A stretch of 64,000 bases of DNA from assembly GCF_001194135.2 (NCBI RefSeq), contig NC_068989.1, forward strand, positions 6,617,515 to 6,681,514, written 5' to 3'. The notes under the pieces were generated by a model. It was not told the DNA's origin. It saw nothing but the letters and a program-made list of their open reading frames with translations, and searched no databases. Position numbers and translations under genes: made by a program. Below, piece after piece: positions 49,895 through 61,443 of the stretch (its first letter is position 1; the number at the start of each line of letters is the position of its first letter). This stretch comes from Octopus bimaculoides. Lineage: Eukaryota.

Positions 49895-50525
49895 TAATGA
49901 TGACGATGATGATGACGATGATGATGATGATGATGATGATGACGACGACGACGAGGGCGATGATGATGATGCTGATGATGACGATGATGGCGATGATGAT
50001 GATGATGGTGTTGATGATAATGATGACGACGACGAGGGCGATGATAATGATGATGATGATGATGACGATGATAATGATGATGACAATGACGATGACGATG
50101 GTTGTGATGACGATGATGATGATGATGATGATGACAACGATTAATATGATGATGAGGATGATGATGATTGTAACAAACATAATAGTTATAATGATGAAAA
50201 TGCTTCTAATGATGATGATGATGATCGTGATGCTGGTGGCGACCGTGGTGGTGGTGATATGATGGTGTTGGTGTTGGTGGTGGTCGTAGTCGTGACGATG
50301 ATAATGATTATTACGATGATGATTGCGATGATGATGATGTTGATGAAGATGAAAACGATGATGATCATGGTGATAGCCGTGGTGGTGGTGGTGGTAGTGG
50401 TGGGAGGTAATGATGAAGACGATGATTTCCTTAATAATGATGATGGTGATGACGATGATGATTATGATATTCAACCCATCCACCACCACCACCACCACCA
50501 CCGCCACCGCCGTCGCTACCCCATC
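49895..50525. repeat. Long (GAT/GAC/GGT)n array ending in inverted-sense (CAC/CAT)n
   Basis: Direct inspection. Confidence 0.95.
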
Positions 50526-51754
50526 ATCAGCATCACCATCATCAAATGGTCACTGCCTCAGGCTGTAAATAATTTAATCCAAGCGCTCTTCCAGTTGGTT
50601 GCCCAGTTCTAGCGATCAGATGATAGTAAAAGTTGTGTGTGACGTCACCGCGTATAAAAATCAGAAAAACTCTCTTAATTCCAAAAGGATTGATCGATTT
50701 TNNNNNNNNNNNNNNNNNNNNNNNNNNNNNNNNNNNNNNNNNNNNNNNNNNNNNNNNNNNNNNNNNNNNNNNNNNNNNNNNNNNNNNNNNNNNNNNNNNN
50801 NNNNNNNNNNNNNNNNNNNNNNNNNNNNNNNNNNNNNNNNNNNNNNNNNNNNNNNNNNNNNNNNNNNNNNNNNNNNNNNNNNNNNNNNNNNNNNNNNNNN
50901 NNNNNNNNNNNNNNNNNNNNNNNNNNNNNNNNNNNNNNNNNNNNNNNNNNNNNNNNNNNNNNNNNNNNNNNNNNNNNNNNNNNNNNNNNNNNNNNNNNNN
51001 NNNNNNNNNNNNNNNNNNNNNNNNNNNNNNNNNNNNNNNNNNNNNNNNNNNNNNNNNNNNNNNNNNNNNNNNNNNNNNNNNNNNNNNNNNNNNNNNNNNN
51101 NNNNNNNNNNNNNNNNNNNNNNNNNNNNNNNNNNNNNNNNNNNNNNNNNNNNNNNNNNNNNNNNNNNNNNNNNNNNNNNNNNNNNNNNNNNNNNNNNNNN
51201 NNNNNNNNNNNNNNNNNNNNNNNNNNNNNNNNNNNNNNNNNNNNNNNNNNNNNNNNNNNNNNNNNNNNNNNNNNNNNNNNNNNNNNNNNNNNNNNNNNNN
51301 NNNNNNNNNNNNNNNNNNNNNNNNNNNNNNNNNNNNNNNNNNNNNNNNNNNNNNNNNNNNNNNNNNNNNNNNNNNNNNNNNNNNNNNNNNNNNNNNNNNN
51401 NNNNNNNNNNNNNNNNNNNNNNNNNNNNNNNNNNNNNNNNNNNNNNNNNNNNNNNNNNNNNNNNNNNNNNNNNNNNNNNNNNNNNNNNNNNNNNNNNNNN
51501 NNNNNNNNNNNNNNNNNNNNNNATACCTATATATAGATATATATTTAGTTTCAGCAGAGGACAAATTTGTGTCTGAAAAAGCATGTCATTAAGAGGACGG
51601 AGATTGTTTTTTTTTCTAGAAAATTCTAAAACACGTTGTCAAAGTTTCCGTATAGCTATATCTGAATTAACAAATTGAACCATCTAAATAGAAATAGGTA
51701 CCATAGTGCGGTACACTTTAAAGGCATATAAACACCAGTATTGTGGTAATTTTC

Positions 51755-51958
51755 TTTTTCTTTCTACTTTAGGCACAAGACCCGAAACATTGGTGGAGGA
51801 AGCCAATCGATTACTCAATTAGTATTTATTTTATCGGCCTTGAAGGGATGGCAGACAGGGTCAACTTCGGAGGAATTTGAACTCAGAACCTAAATCCGGA
51901 TGAAATGCTACTAAGCATTTTGTCCAGTGTGTTAACGGTACTGGCAGCTCAGTGCTTT
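51755..51958 (-). mobile_element. SINE family A, decayed
   Basis: CTACTTTAGGCACAAGACCCGAAA...GAATTTGAACTCAGAAC...CTAAGCATTTTGTCC. Confidence 0.85.
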
Positions 51959-51971
51959 AATATTCCAGTAG

Positions 51972-52170
51972 AATTGGTTTCCAATTTTGGCACAAGGCCA
52001 GCAATTTCAAGGAAGGGTTAATTCGATTATATTGTACTTATTTTATCGATTCCGAAAGGGTGAAATACATAGTCCGCCTCGGCCTAGTTTGAACTCAAAG
52101 CGTTAAGACAGTCGAAATGCCGCTAAGCACCTTGTACAGCGTGCTAACGATTCTACCAGCTGACCGCCTT
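51972..52170 (-). mobile_element. SINE family A, tandem copy
   Basis: TTTTGGCACAAGGCCAGCAATTTC...GAAATGCCGCTAAGC...CCAGCTGACCGCCTT. Confidence 0.85.
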
Positions 52171-52630
52171 AGTAATCTTGTAAATTGGCAAGTGTTCCGT
52201 TATCATGCGATTCGTAGTTCAACTTTTCCGTTCGCGCGAGTGCTCTTCTTCGGTGAAGACTTTCAACGCTAAGCTTGAGATCATTCTTCAATAAAACAAA
52301 CAATGGTTCTATATTTTGGAGATTAGGAATTCTGTACATTATTTACATTATTTACATTAGACGGATAACAAGATGAGGACATATATCAACCCAATTTAAA
52401 TAATATGAATAATGTAAAACAAACAATATTGGGGAAATATATAACTCGAAAACTTATTTAATGCCATAGACAATACGACCTATTGGTTTGCAACCAAATT
52501 TGGTTCTAAAAATTATGTTAATTGTATAAGAGATAATGTCCAAATTAATAAACATTATTTTAAGTATTCACACCTGGTCAGTGAAACTATGTTCTGCTCT
52601 ACCATATTGTCATTGTTTAGAATCCAAACA

Positions 52631-53114
52631 CTGTGGTTCTCAAACATGTTTTCCGGTGGATCTCTGTGATTCTTATTTTTCTCTACTCCACCCTCGTAGC
52701 CATTTAAAGTTTTCAAAAATCCCATTATATATTTATAATTAAATATTATTACGAAGATGTATTTGCATAGCAAGTGACCTGATCTGAGATCGCGTGCTGG
52801 AACAAAAACAATTACAGCGTGGAAGGTGTTTTATAAGCCAATTAAAAACACACAAAAACTGTTAGATTCACTTCAACATTTAAATTTAAATTGTCAAAGT
52901 ATTTTAGTCGCTTTGAGACCGCGACCTGTTCACTGACAAAATTCCATGCTGCATCTTGTTGTTTGTAAATATTATTCGGATTTGTACAAAAAAAAATAAT
53001 GTTAAAAACCTTTGTGTAACGTAGAAGTATAAAAGATTCATTGCATATAATTTTTAGCAACTAAATCGTATATGGACGCCCAAGGGGTATACGGACTCCG
53101 GTTGAAAATCACTA
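52631..53114. mobile_element. hAT-like non-autonomous element (decayed CAGTGGTTCTCAAC-type TIRs), probably carrying an unrelated repeat fragment at about 52762-52950
   Basis: Left CTGTGGTTCTCAAAC, right GGTTGAAAATCACTA; no clean 8-bp TSD. Confidence 0.5.
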
Positions 53115-53748
53115 GTTTAGGGATATTAACAAAATATTTTGCTTCTTAGTAGCATATAACGAGTGTCTGTTTTAATGAACTTCATGATACTAACTCGCTG
53201 CGGTAGTTTCACCTTCAATAAAACATAATCTCAAACCAAAAACTTTGCCAAAATCATACAACTTTTTATTTCCCTATTAATGAAAACAAGAAGAAAACGA
53301 AGAAGTTTTCCTGTCGTTCTAAAGACAAATTAGTAGACTTGAAACAGACTTCTGAAGAGATTAGTACCGTACGTAATGCAATTATCATGATCAAGTTTTC
53401 ACTCAACTCCAAAGACGTGTGCCTTTTAAGTTATTTGTTTTATCTGTCATGTAGAATATACTTTTCTTTTTCTGTAAACTACCAGAGTTCACAAGAGTTG
53501 TGCAATCTTGTGTTAAGTTTAATGAAGTGAATTAGTTCCTTGAACAGTGGACTAATCTACCGCATATTTGTTTTTTTCTCTAAAACGTTACGATATGTTT
53601 TTGAGAAAATTTTGTGAGTCTTGCTCCTTGGAGAAACATTTTCGCATTCATTTGGAATATATATATATATATATATATATAGTCCGCCACTACATTCCTC
53701 CATGGCAAGGTTTAATTTGTGTATACAAATTTAATTTGCGGTCCATGG

Positions 53749-53826
53749 GAAGAGCCGTTTTAACGATGCGTCCTACCCAGCTCTTCGAAACGCCGGTGTT
53801 AAAACGGGGGTAGCTGATGAAGAAGA
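53749..53826 (+). ncRNA. Hammerhead ribozyme-like motif with non-standard strand order
   Basis: Core CTGATGA 53814-53820, GAAA 53787-53790, GTC triplet 53770-53772. Stem I CTACCC/GGGTAG, stem III GCGT/ACGC and stem II TCTTC/GAAGA (one extra A after the core) are all in register. Confidence 0.75.
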
Positions 53827-54288
53827 ATGTTCTCTATGTGGCTTGTGTGTTTTCTCGTCTACGTTTTGTTTGCAATGTCCTGTACCCAGATATGCACCTA
53901 TACATACAGGTGGATGTCGGTATGCACATACCTGTACGTATATATGCATATACTCATTTACTGTGTTTGTTTNNNNNNNNNNNNNNNNNNNNNNNNNNNN
54001 NNNNNNNNNNNNNNNNNNNNNNNNNNNNNNNNNNNNNNNNNNNNNNNNNNNNNNNNNNNNNNNNNNNNNNNNNNNNNNNNNNNNNNNNNNNNNNNNNNNN
54101 NNNNNNNNNNNNNNNNNNNNNNNNNNNNNNNNNNNNNNNNNNNNNNNNNNNNNCTTAACAACAGGACATCCTGACAACAGGACCAGCCCATTTATATATA
54201 AAGGTATGTATATATATACGTGCGTACGTGTGTATGTGTATAAGTGTGTGCGCGTGTGCGCGCGCGTGTGTGAGAGAGAGAGAGAGAA

Positions 54289-54322
<34 letters not shown>

Positions 54323-54338
54323 GGAGATAGAGAGAGTA

Positions 54339-54731
54339 GTTGTATGCTGTCAACTTAATGTGACTTATGTGACTTAATGTGAATAATACTACTGTTGGTT
54401 AGACCTAGGAAGCTGCACCGCTTCCTAGGTCTAACCAACAGTANNNNNNNNNNAATGTGACTTATGTGACTTAATGTGAATAATACTACTGTTGGTTAGA
54501 CCTAGGAAGCTGCACCGCTTCCTGTCGGCCTTGACACATTCCCTGTGTCCTTATGTTTACAAGGGGGAGACAAGCATCTCCACCCAGCTAAGCCTGCATC
54601 CAGAGACTTGTAAACATAAGCACACAGGAAATGTGTCAAGGCCGACAGGAAGCGGTGCAGCTTCCTAGGTCTAACCAACAGTAATATTATTCCCTTCAGG
54701 GGACTGTCGCATTAAGTTGACAGCATACAAC
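54339..54731. mobile_element. Foldback/MITE element with long inverted arms, probable TA target duplication, partly mis-assembled
   Basis: TA|GTTGTATGCTGTCAACTTAATG...CATTAAGTTGACAGCATACAAC|TA; arms end at 54563 and start at 54607 around a 43-nt spacer. Confidence 0.85.
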
Positions 54732-54789
54732 TACTTCATCGTATCACTACTGCATAAATCTCTCTGAGAGATTTAGAAAGTATTATTTC

Positions 54790-54847
<58 letters not shown>

Positions 54848-55426
54848 TGTGCATGTATGTGTGTATGAGATTTTGTGTGTACGTGCTGATCACTCATGTC
54901 CAAATGATTAAGAAGTTCGATTTACAATCATAAAGATCCAAGATTGATCCCACAACATGAAGCGTTCGGCCAGTGTCTTGTATTATATCCTCAGGTTGTT
55001 TCAAACACTCAGAGCGAAAATGGATAAAGCTAGAATAGAGACTCCCGTCACATAATCTGTACTTGCAAAGCAAACGGCTTCCTTTGCCACATATTTAGTC
55101 GCACCGATTTCTTCGGCGGGTTAGGTTTTGGGTGTAAGTGTCTGCAGTAAAATCCACCATTGACAGTAGAATTTGGAGAAAAGTCACCATCGAAACGGAC
55201 GGAGATCCATTTACGATACAGACATACATGCATATATATATACAAATTTATGCACACATACACACGCCCACACACACAGACACATATGTATATATATCCA
55301 TATATATGTATGTATATATAGAGAGAAGAAAAGAGAATTTATATGCTCACACACATATTCACATTCATACACACATATATGTGTGTTCATGTTGTGTGTA
55401 TATATGCATACATATACGCACGTCTG

Positions 55427-55493
<67 letters not shown>

Positions 55494-56464
55494 ATGTGTG
55501 TTTGTGTGAAAGTGTGTTTATTTATTTGGTCATTACGGGTTTAATTCTGAACCGACAAATTTAATGATTGTCATTAAAATAATTTAAGTAGAACATTGCT
55601 TTGACATTTACTGATTTATCAACTCTGAAATATAACGATGCATGGATACAATAAAAGCAATAAAACACACACACACAAAGAAAAACATAAACCATAAAAA
55701 TAAAATAAAATAAAAAATAAATAAACATATAAGCAAATCACTGTAGCTAGAAAATTATAGAAAGTTAATGAAATAAGATGAGGAAACATAATAAAATTAT
55801 TAGCAACAATATGAGAATTATCATTATCATCACCATTAACATCGACAAAAACAACAAAATCATCAAGACTAACATGGTTAGCAAACAACAGTATCAGCTA
55901 TGCGAAAAAGACAGCGAACTAGTTACGTAATGAATTCTTCGCCTCAAAGCTTTTTGGTTAAATTACTGTAAAACAACAATTCGAGGACCTCTGATAATTA
56001 AATTATATCACTGATATTATATATATTTACTAATCCATAAAATATGTAAATCTAAGAATGCTATTTGAACCGTAATGTGTGGAAAAAGTTCTCGAATCTG
56101 GTGTATTACTGGCAAATAAGTTTCTAAGCTGTGTAAATATTTGATAAACGTATTGCAACTTTCATAAAAGATTTCATTGAAATTTGTTCAATGTAACACG
56201 CCGTACACACACTCATACACATTAGCTATTAGCGTGTCTATTAATATATGTACGTACATATTTATATATATCTATATATATAAATATATACATATTATAT
56301 ATCATATCAGTATGTGTGTATGTGTATGTGTATGGATGCGTGGAGAGAGAAATAGAACGAAAAAAGAGACAGAAAATGAGATATAAATAAATGTATCATA
56401 GGGGAATATGTGTATATATTTATGTATAAAACACGTTTATATATAAATAAATATATACTGTGCC

Positions 56465-56550
<86 letters not shown>

Positions 56551-56817
56551 TGTATGTATGCATGTGTGCATGCATGCATGATTGTATGTATCTATATGTG
56601 GCTCCCTTCCTCCACATTACATGTAAACTCTTGCTACAACGACCGTGTTAATGAGATTCATAGAAGACTTCCTTTTTCTTGAAGAAGTACTAGTGTCTGA
56701 AACGTTTTCACATCTTTGTAGCAAACTATGTTTTAATCTGTATTTATATCGATAAACCTTTCGAGAATAAATTTTCTGACTCAGAAAAGCCCGTTTTCCT
56801 TTCATTCTACATCTTAC

Positions 56818-56925
56818 CTTGTGTTTCAAGGATTCTGGTTGGCTGAAATGGGTTGATACAAAAGTCTCTACAGCTGATATCACATTCAGTTTAGCAATGA
56901 GTTTTAACCCATGAAAAGCCAATAC
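56818..56925 (-). CDS. Candidate 108-nt phase 0-0 coding exon, product unknown
   Basis: CCCAG|VLAFHGLKLIAKLNVISAVETFVSTHFSQPESLKHK|GTAAGA with a consensus AAG|GTAAGA donor; the other two frames are closed; the acceptor tract is weak. Confidence 0.3.
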
Positions 56926-56959
56926 CTGGGTGTAATATTCCAGAAGATTGAGGATCAAC

Positions 56960-57060
56960 ACTATTTCGCCCCATTTTCTTTGCCGAACCGCTAAGTTACG
57001 GGGACGTAAGCACACCAGCATCGGTTGCCAAGCGATGTTGTGGGGACAAGTACAGACACA

Positions 57061-57151
<91 letters not shown>

Positions 57152-57301
57152 GTATATATATATGACGGGCTTCTTTCAGTTTCCGTTTACCAAATACACT
57201 CACAAGGTTCTGGTCGGCCCGAGGCTATAGTAGAAGACACAGTGGGAGTGAACCCGGAGCCATATGGTTGGTAAGCAAGTTACTTACCACACAGCCACTC
57301 C
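56960..57301 (-). mobile_element. SINE family B with expanded internal (CA)n and deleted CORE-like segment
   Basis: GCCGAACCGCTAAGTTACGGGGACG...GACGGGCTTCTTTCAG...AGAAGACAC joined directly to AGTGGGA...TTACCACACAGCCACTCCT. Confidence 0.95.
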
Positions 57302-58176
57302 TTTTCTTGTTACCAATTTATTTTAATTCTTTTGTATTTTTCTTACATTTTGTGTTTTTGATTTTCTTCATACCTGAATAAATATTTACCATTTTCTAGT
57401 TTCTGTCAGAAACATTGATAAATTTCTATAAAATATATGCAATTCATAATTTTCCGCAACTTATGCAATGACTTGGTGTTTTCTAGTAGAATGTTAAAAA
57501 TGATCGAGAACTCCTACCCGTGCCACACTCACCACCACCACTGCCGCCGCCGCAACCCCACCACCAGCACCACTTAACTACGACCACTCACACTACTACG
57601 ATGGCGACGATCACCACCGATACAGCTAAGCAAACAACAAGTAAATGAACAGGAATGTAAAGAACAACTCAAAAACAAGTAAACGAAAAGGCCTAGACAA
57701 AAAAAAATGAAGTAATTTATCTTCACTAAAAGTCGAATAGTTGTGAAAAGTAAGAAGAATCGATTGGCATCGAATTTAGGGGTTTTAACGCTGAATTCGT
57801 TTATTCTCTCTGTATTTTTTTTTATTCTAAGAGGGTGTGTGGAAGAAAGCTTTTAAGGAAATGTGTTGGGAGAGGATACAGAGTGAATGGAGAGTTTGGA
57901 CAGATAAGAAAAATGATGCAGATGGATAGAGGTTCCGTGGTTGGGGAGATAGATAGATATATAGAGAGAAAGCAAGGGAGAGAGAGGGAGAGAGGGAAAG
58001 AGAATGAGAGAGAGGAGACGTAACTGTAAGAAGAATGGGGGAAATAAAACTAGTGTAAGACGCCGTAGTGCAAAGTTCACTGAGTAACTACGAGGTTGCA
58101 AGTTCTAATCCATTAGATGGCATATTAGTTTTCTTTCATTTTGACTTTTAAATAAATCACTTTCACACACACACAC

Positions 58177-58223
<47 letters not shown>

Positions 58224-58384
58224 GATGAAACGTGACAAATGTTGACTGCCTACAGTCACAAGTCTCACAGGGTCTCATTCTGCACATTATAAGCTTTGAA
58301 ACTTGTACATTATTTACATTATTTACATTATTTACATTCGACGGATATTTACCCTCATCTTGTTTGTTGTTAACGTACATAATT

Positions 58385-58706
58385 CCTCATCTCTTAAATA
58401 TAGAACCTTTGATGCTTGGTTATTAATCATCGTGGGCGGCATTCAACACCCAAGTACCAATCTCAAAATCCTAGCTGTCCCCAGCAGAGCATTATTTTGA
58501 GCTTGCTCTGTTGTCATGTCAATACCGATTTCTCTGACATATCTCTCGAACTTGGTTGTTAGTGATCCGAGTCTCCTTACAAATACAGGAATGACAGACA
58601 CTCTCCTCATAGTCCACGTTCTTGCAATTTCGTCAATTAGTAGTCTGTACTTTTCAATCTTTTCTAATTCTTTGTCTCTAACGCGTGCATCTCCAGATAT
58701 AGCATC
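58385..58706 (-). mobile_element. R4/Dong fragment, RLE C-terminal half, frame still open
   Basis: 58706 to 58443 reads DAISGDARVRDKELEKIEKYRLLIDEIARTWTMRRVSVIPVFVRRLGSLTTKFERYVREIGIDMTTEQAQNNALLGTARILRLVLGC*; absent from the ORF track. Confidence 0.9.
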
Positions 58707-59149
58707 TCCGCAGAATTTTCAGTTCGGAAAAGATTCATAAACAAGGAATATTTACTTGGTTTTGTGTATGTTTAGCTAGCACAGCAAATTGAATTTGCCA
58801 TACTAACTGTGGACAGATTGATATAAACATTTGTGATATTTTTCAATGTGAATTCATTATACATTGATCAATATTCAATGTAATCTCGTGTACTTGTAAG
58901 AAAATACACACAAAAGAGTGTGAAAATTACAAATATTGATATATATTAAAGTTCTTCGTATATATACAGAATATATACTATCCATATTTATAAACGGGGT
59001 TCAGGTATTTTCCATTTTACCAAATGACCAGGCAGTAATTCCGTAGAGTGTTATTTGTGTTTAAAACCGGCTATATATGTCACGACCGATATAAACACAA
59101 CATAATATACAAATGAATATAAATACATAAGTATATATACATATATATT

Positions 59150-59226
<77 letters not shown>

Positions 59227-59366
59227 ATTTATATAAGTACTTATGTATGTATGTGTGTATGCATGTATTTATAGAAGTATGTCAGATAGCATACAACATA
59301 ATTCTTGATTTATTAAAATCATCTCCGCATCTAGATGATGTCACGATTAGCAAATTGCGATATATA

Positions 59367-59399
<33 letters not shown>

Positions 59400-60230
59400 T
59401 ATANNNNNNNNNNNNNNNNNNNNNNNNNNNNNNNNNNNNNNNNNNNNNNNNNNNNNNNNNNNNNNNNNNNNNNNNNNNNNNNNNNNNNNNNNNNNNNNNN
59501 NNNNNNNNNNNNNNNNNNNNNNNNNNNNNNNNNNNNNNNNNNNNNNNNNNNNNNNNNNNNNNNNNNNNNNNNNNNNNNNNNNNNNNNNNNNNNNNNNNNN
59601 NNNNNNNNNNNNNNNNNNNNNNNNNNNNNNNNNNNNNNNNNNNNNNNNNNNNNNNNNNNNNNNNNNNNNNNNNNNNNNNNNNNNNNNNNNNNNNNNNNNN
59701 NNNNNNNNNNNNNNNNNNNNNNNNNNNNNNNNNNNNNNNNNNNNNNNNNNNNNNNNNNNNNNNNNNNNNNNNNNNNNNNNNNNNNNNNNNNNNNNNNNNN
59801 NNNNNNNNNNNNNNNNNNNNNNNNNNNNNNNNNNNNNNNNNNNNNNNNNNNNNNNNNNNNNNNNNNNNNNNNNNNNNNNNNNNNNNNNNNNNNNNNNNNN
59901 NNNNNNNNNNNNNNNNNNNNNNNNNNNNNNNNNNNNNNNNNNNNNNNTATATATATATATATATATATATGTATAAAATAATTTACATATGTGTATATAT
60001 GTATCATTGTGGCATATAGTAAATTTACATGACAGATTAAATCAAAGAGATATGTAGTACTCACTACAAATATAGTTGAGTGAACATATTTATTTCATGT
60101 TGATGACGTAACGTAATCACAACAGCGACTACGACACCGAGGCTCTGTGTTCATGTGCTTTTGCTTACAAAGAGACCGAAATGCATATGTAAATAGGACT
60201 GTTGGCGTTTTGTTCGATATGTATATTAGC

Positions 60231-60299
<69 letters not shown>

Positions 60300-60788
60300 N
60301 NNNNNNNNNNNNNNNNNNNNNNNNNNNNNNNNNNNNNNNNNNNNNNNNNNNNNNNNNNNNNNNNNNNNNNNNNNNNNNNNNNNNNNNNNNNNNNNNNNNN
60401 NNNNNNNNNNNNNNNNNNNNNNNNNNNNNNNNNNNNNNNNNNNNNNNNNNNNNNNNNNNNNNNNNNNNNNNNNNNNNNNNNNNNNNNNNNNNNNNNNNNN
60501 NNNNNNNNNNNNNNNNNNNNNNNNNNNNNNNNNNNNNNNNNNNNNNNNNNNNNNNNNNNNNNNNNNNNNNNNNNNNNNNNNNNNNNNNNNNNNNNNNNNN
60601 NNNNNNNNNNNNNNNNNNNNNNNNNNNNNNNNNNNNNNNNNNNNNNNNNNNNNNNNNNNNNNNNNNNNNNNNNNNNNNNNNNNNNNNNNNNNNNNNNNNN
60701 NNNNNNNNNNNNNNNNNNNNNNNNNNNNNNNNNNNNNNNNNNNNNNNNNNNNNNNNNNNNNNNNNNNNNNNNNNNNNNNNNNNNNNNN

Positions 60789-60827
<39 letters not shown>

Positions 60828-61391
60828 TACATATATACACATACACACATGCATAAATATATCCATACATATACCCATATTCCTATTTCTATATATGTGT
60901 GGGTGGGTGTGTGTGTGTATATATGAATGTGTGTATGTATAGATGAAAGGGTAAATATATTATAGACTATATATTGAATATCGAATAACTTTCTCATTTC
61001 ATATGCACACAAACACACACACACACGCGCACACACACGCACATACATACACATGTCTACCCGCGTACCTAAATCCATTCATTTTCATGCGTACAGAAAC
61101 ACAGGAACATGTATATTATTGCATGTATGCCTACGTGTATGTATGCATGTATACATGAAGGATTATGATTGAATTTAGCTTTACTGCTTTCTTTTAAAGT
61201 TAGATAGTCTACCAATAAACCCCACTGCATGTTTACGTTTTTTTTCCTGAATATTGTTTGTGTAGTTGTATAAACGAAAAGGATATAGAATACATGAGCG
61301 CATACGTATCTTTCTATCATTTTACCAATCTATATGTCTATCTAATACGCCATCTACCTTCGCCGGTGTATTTACTTACATACACAGGTAA

Positions 61392-61443
<52 letters not shown>

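Noticed and set aside
49872-50144. Poly-Asp acidic protein ORF
   Set aside because: Pure GAT/GAC repeat without a unique domain; similar arrays occur at 13.7 kb and 25.4 kb.
52900-52940. Minus-strand GTCGC/GCGAC hairpin with hammerhead-like spacing
   Set aside because: The flanking bases read GTGAACAG and TAAA rather than CTGANGA and GAAA.
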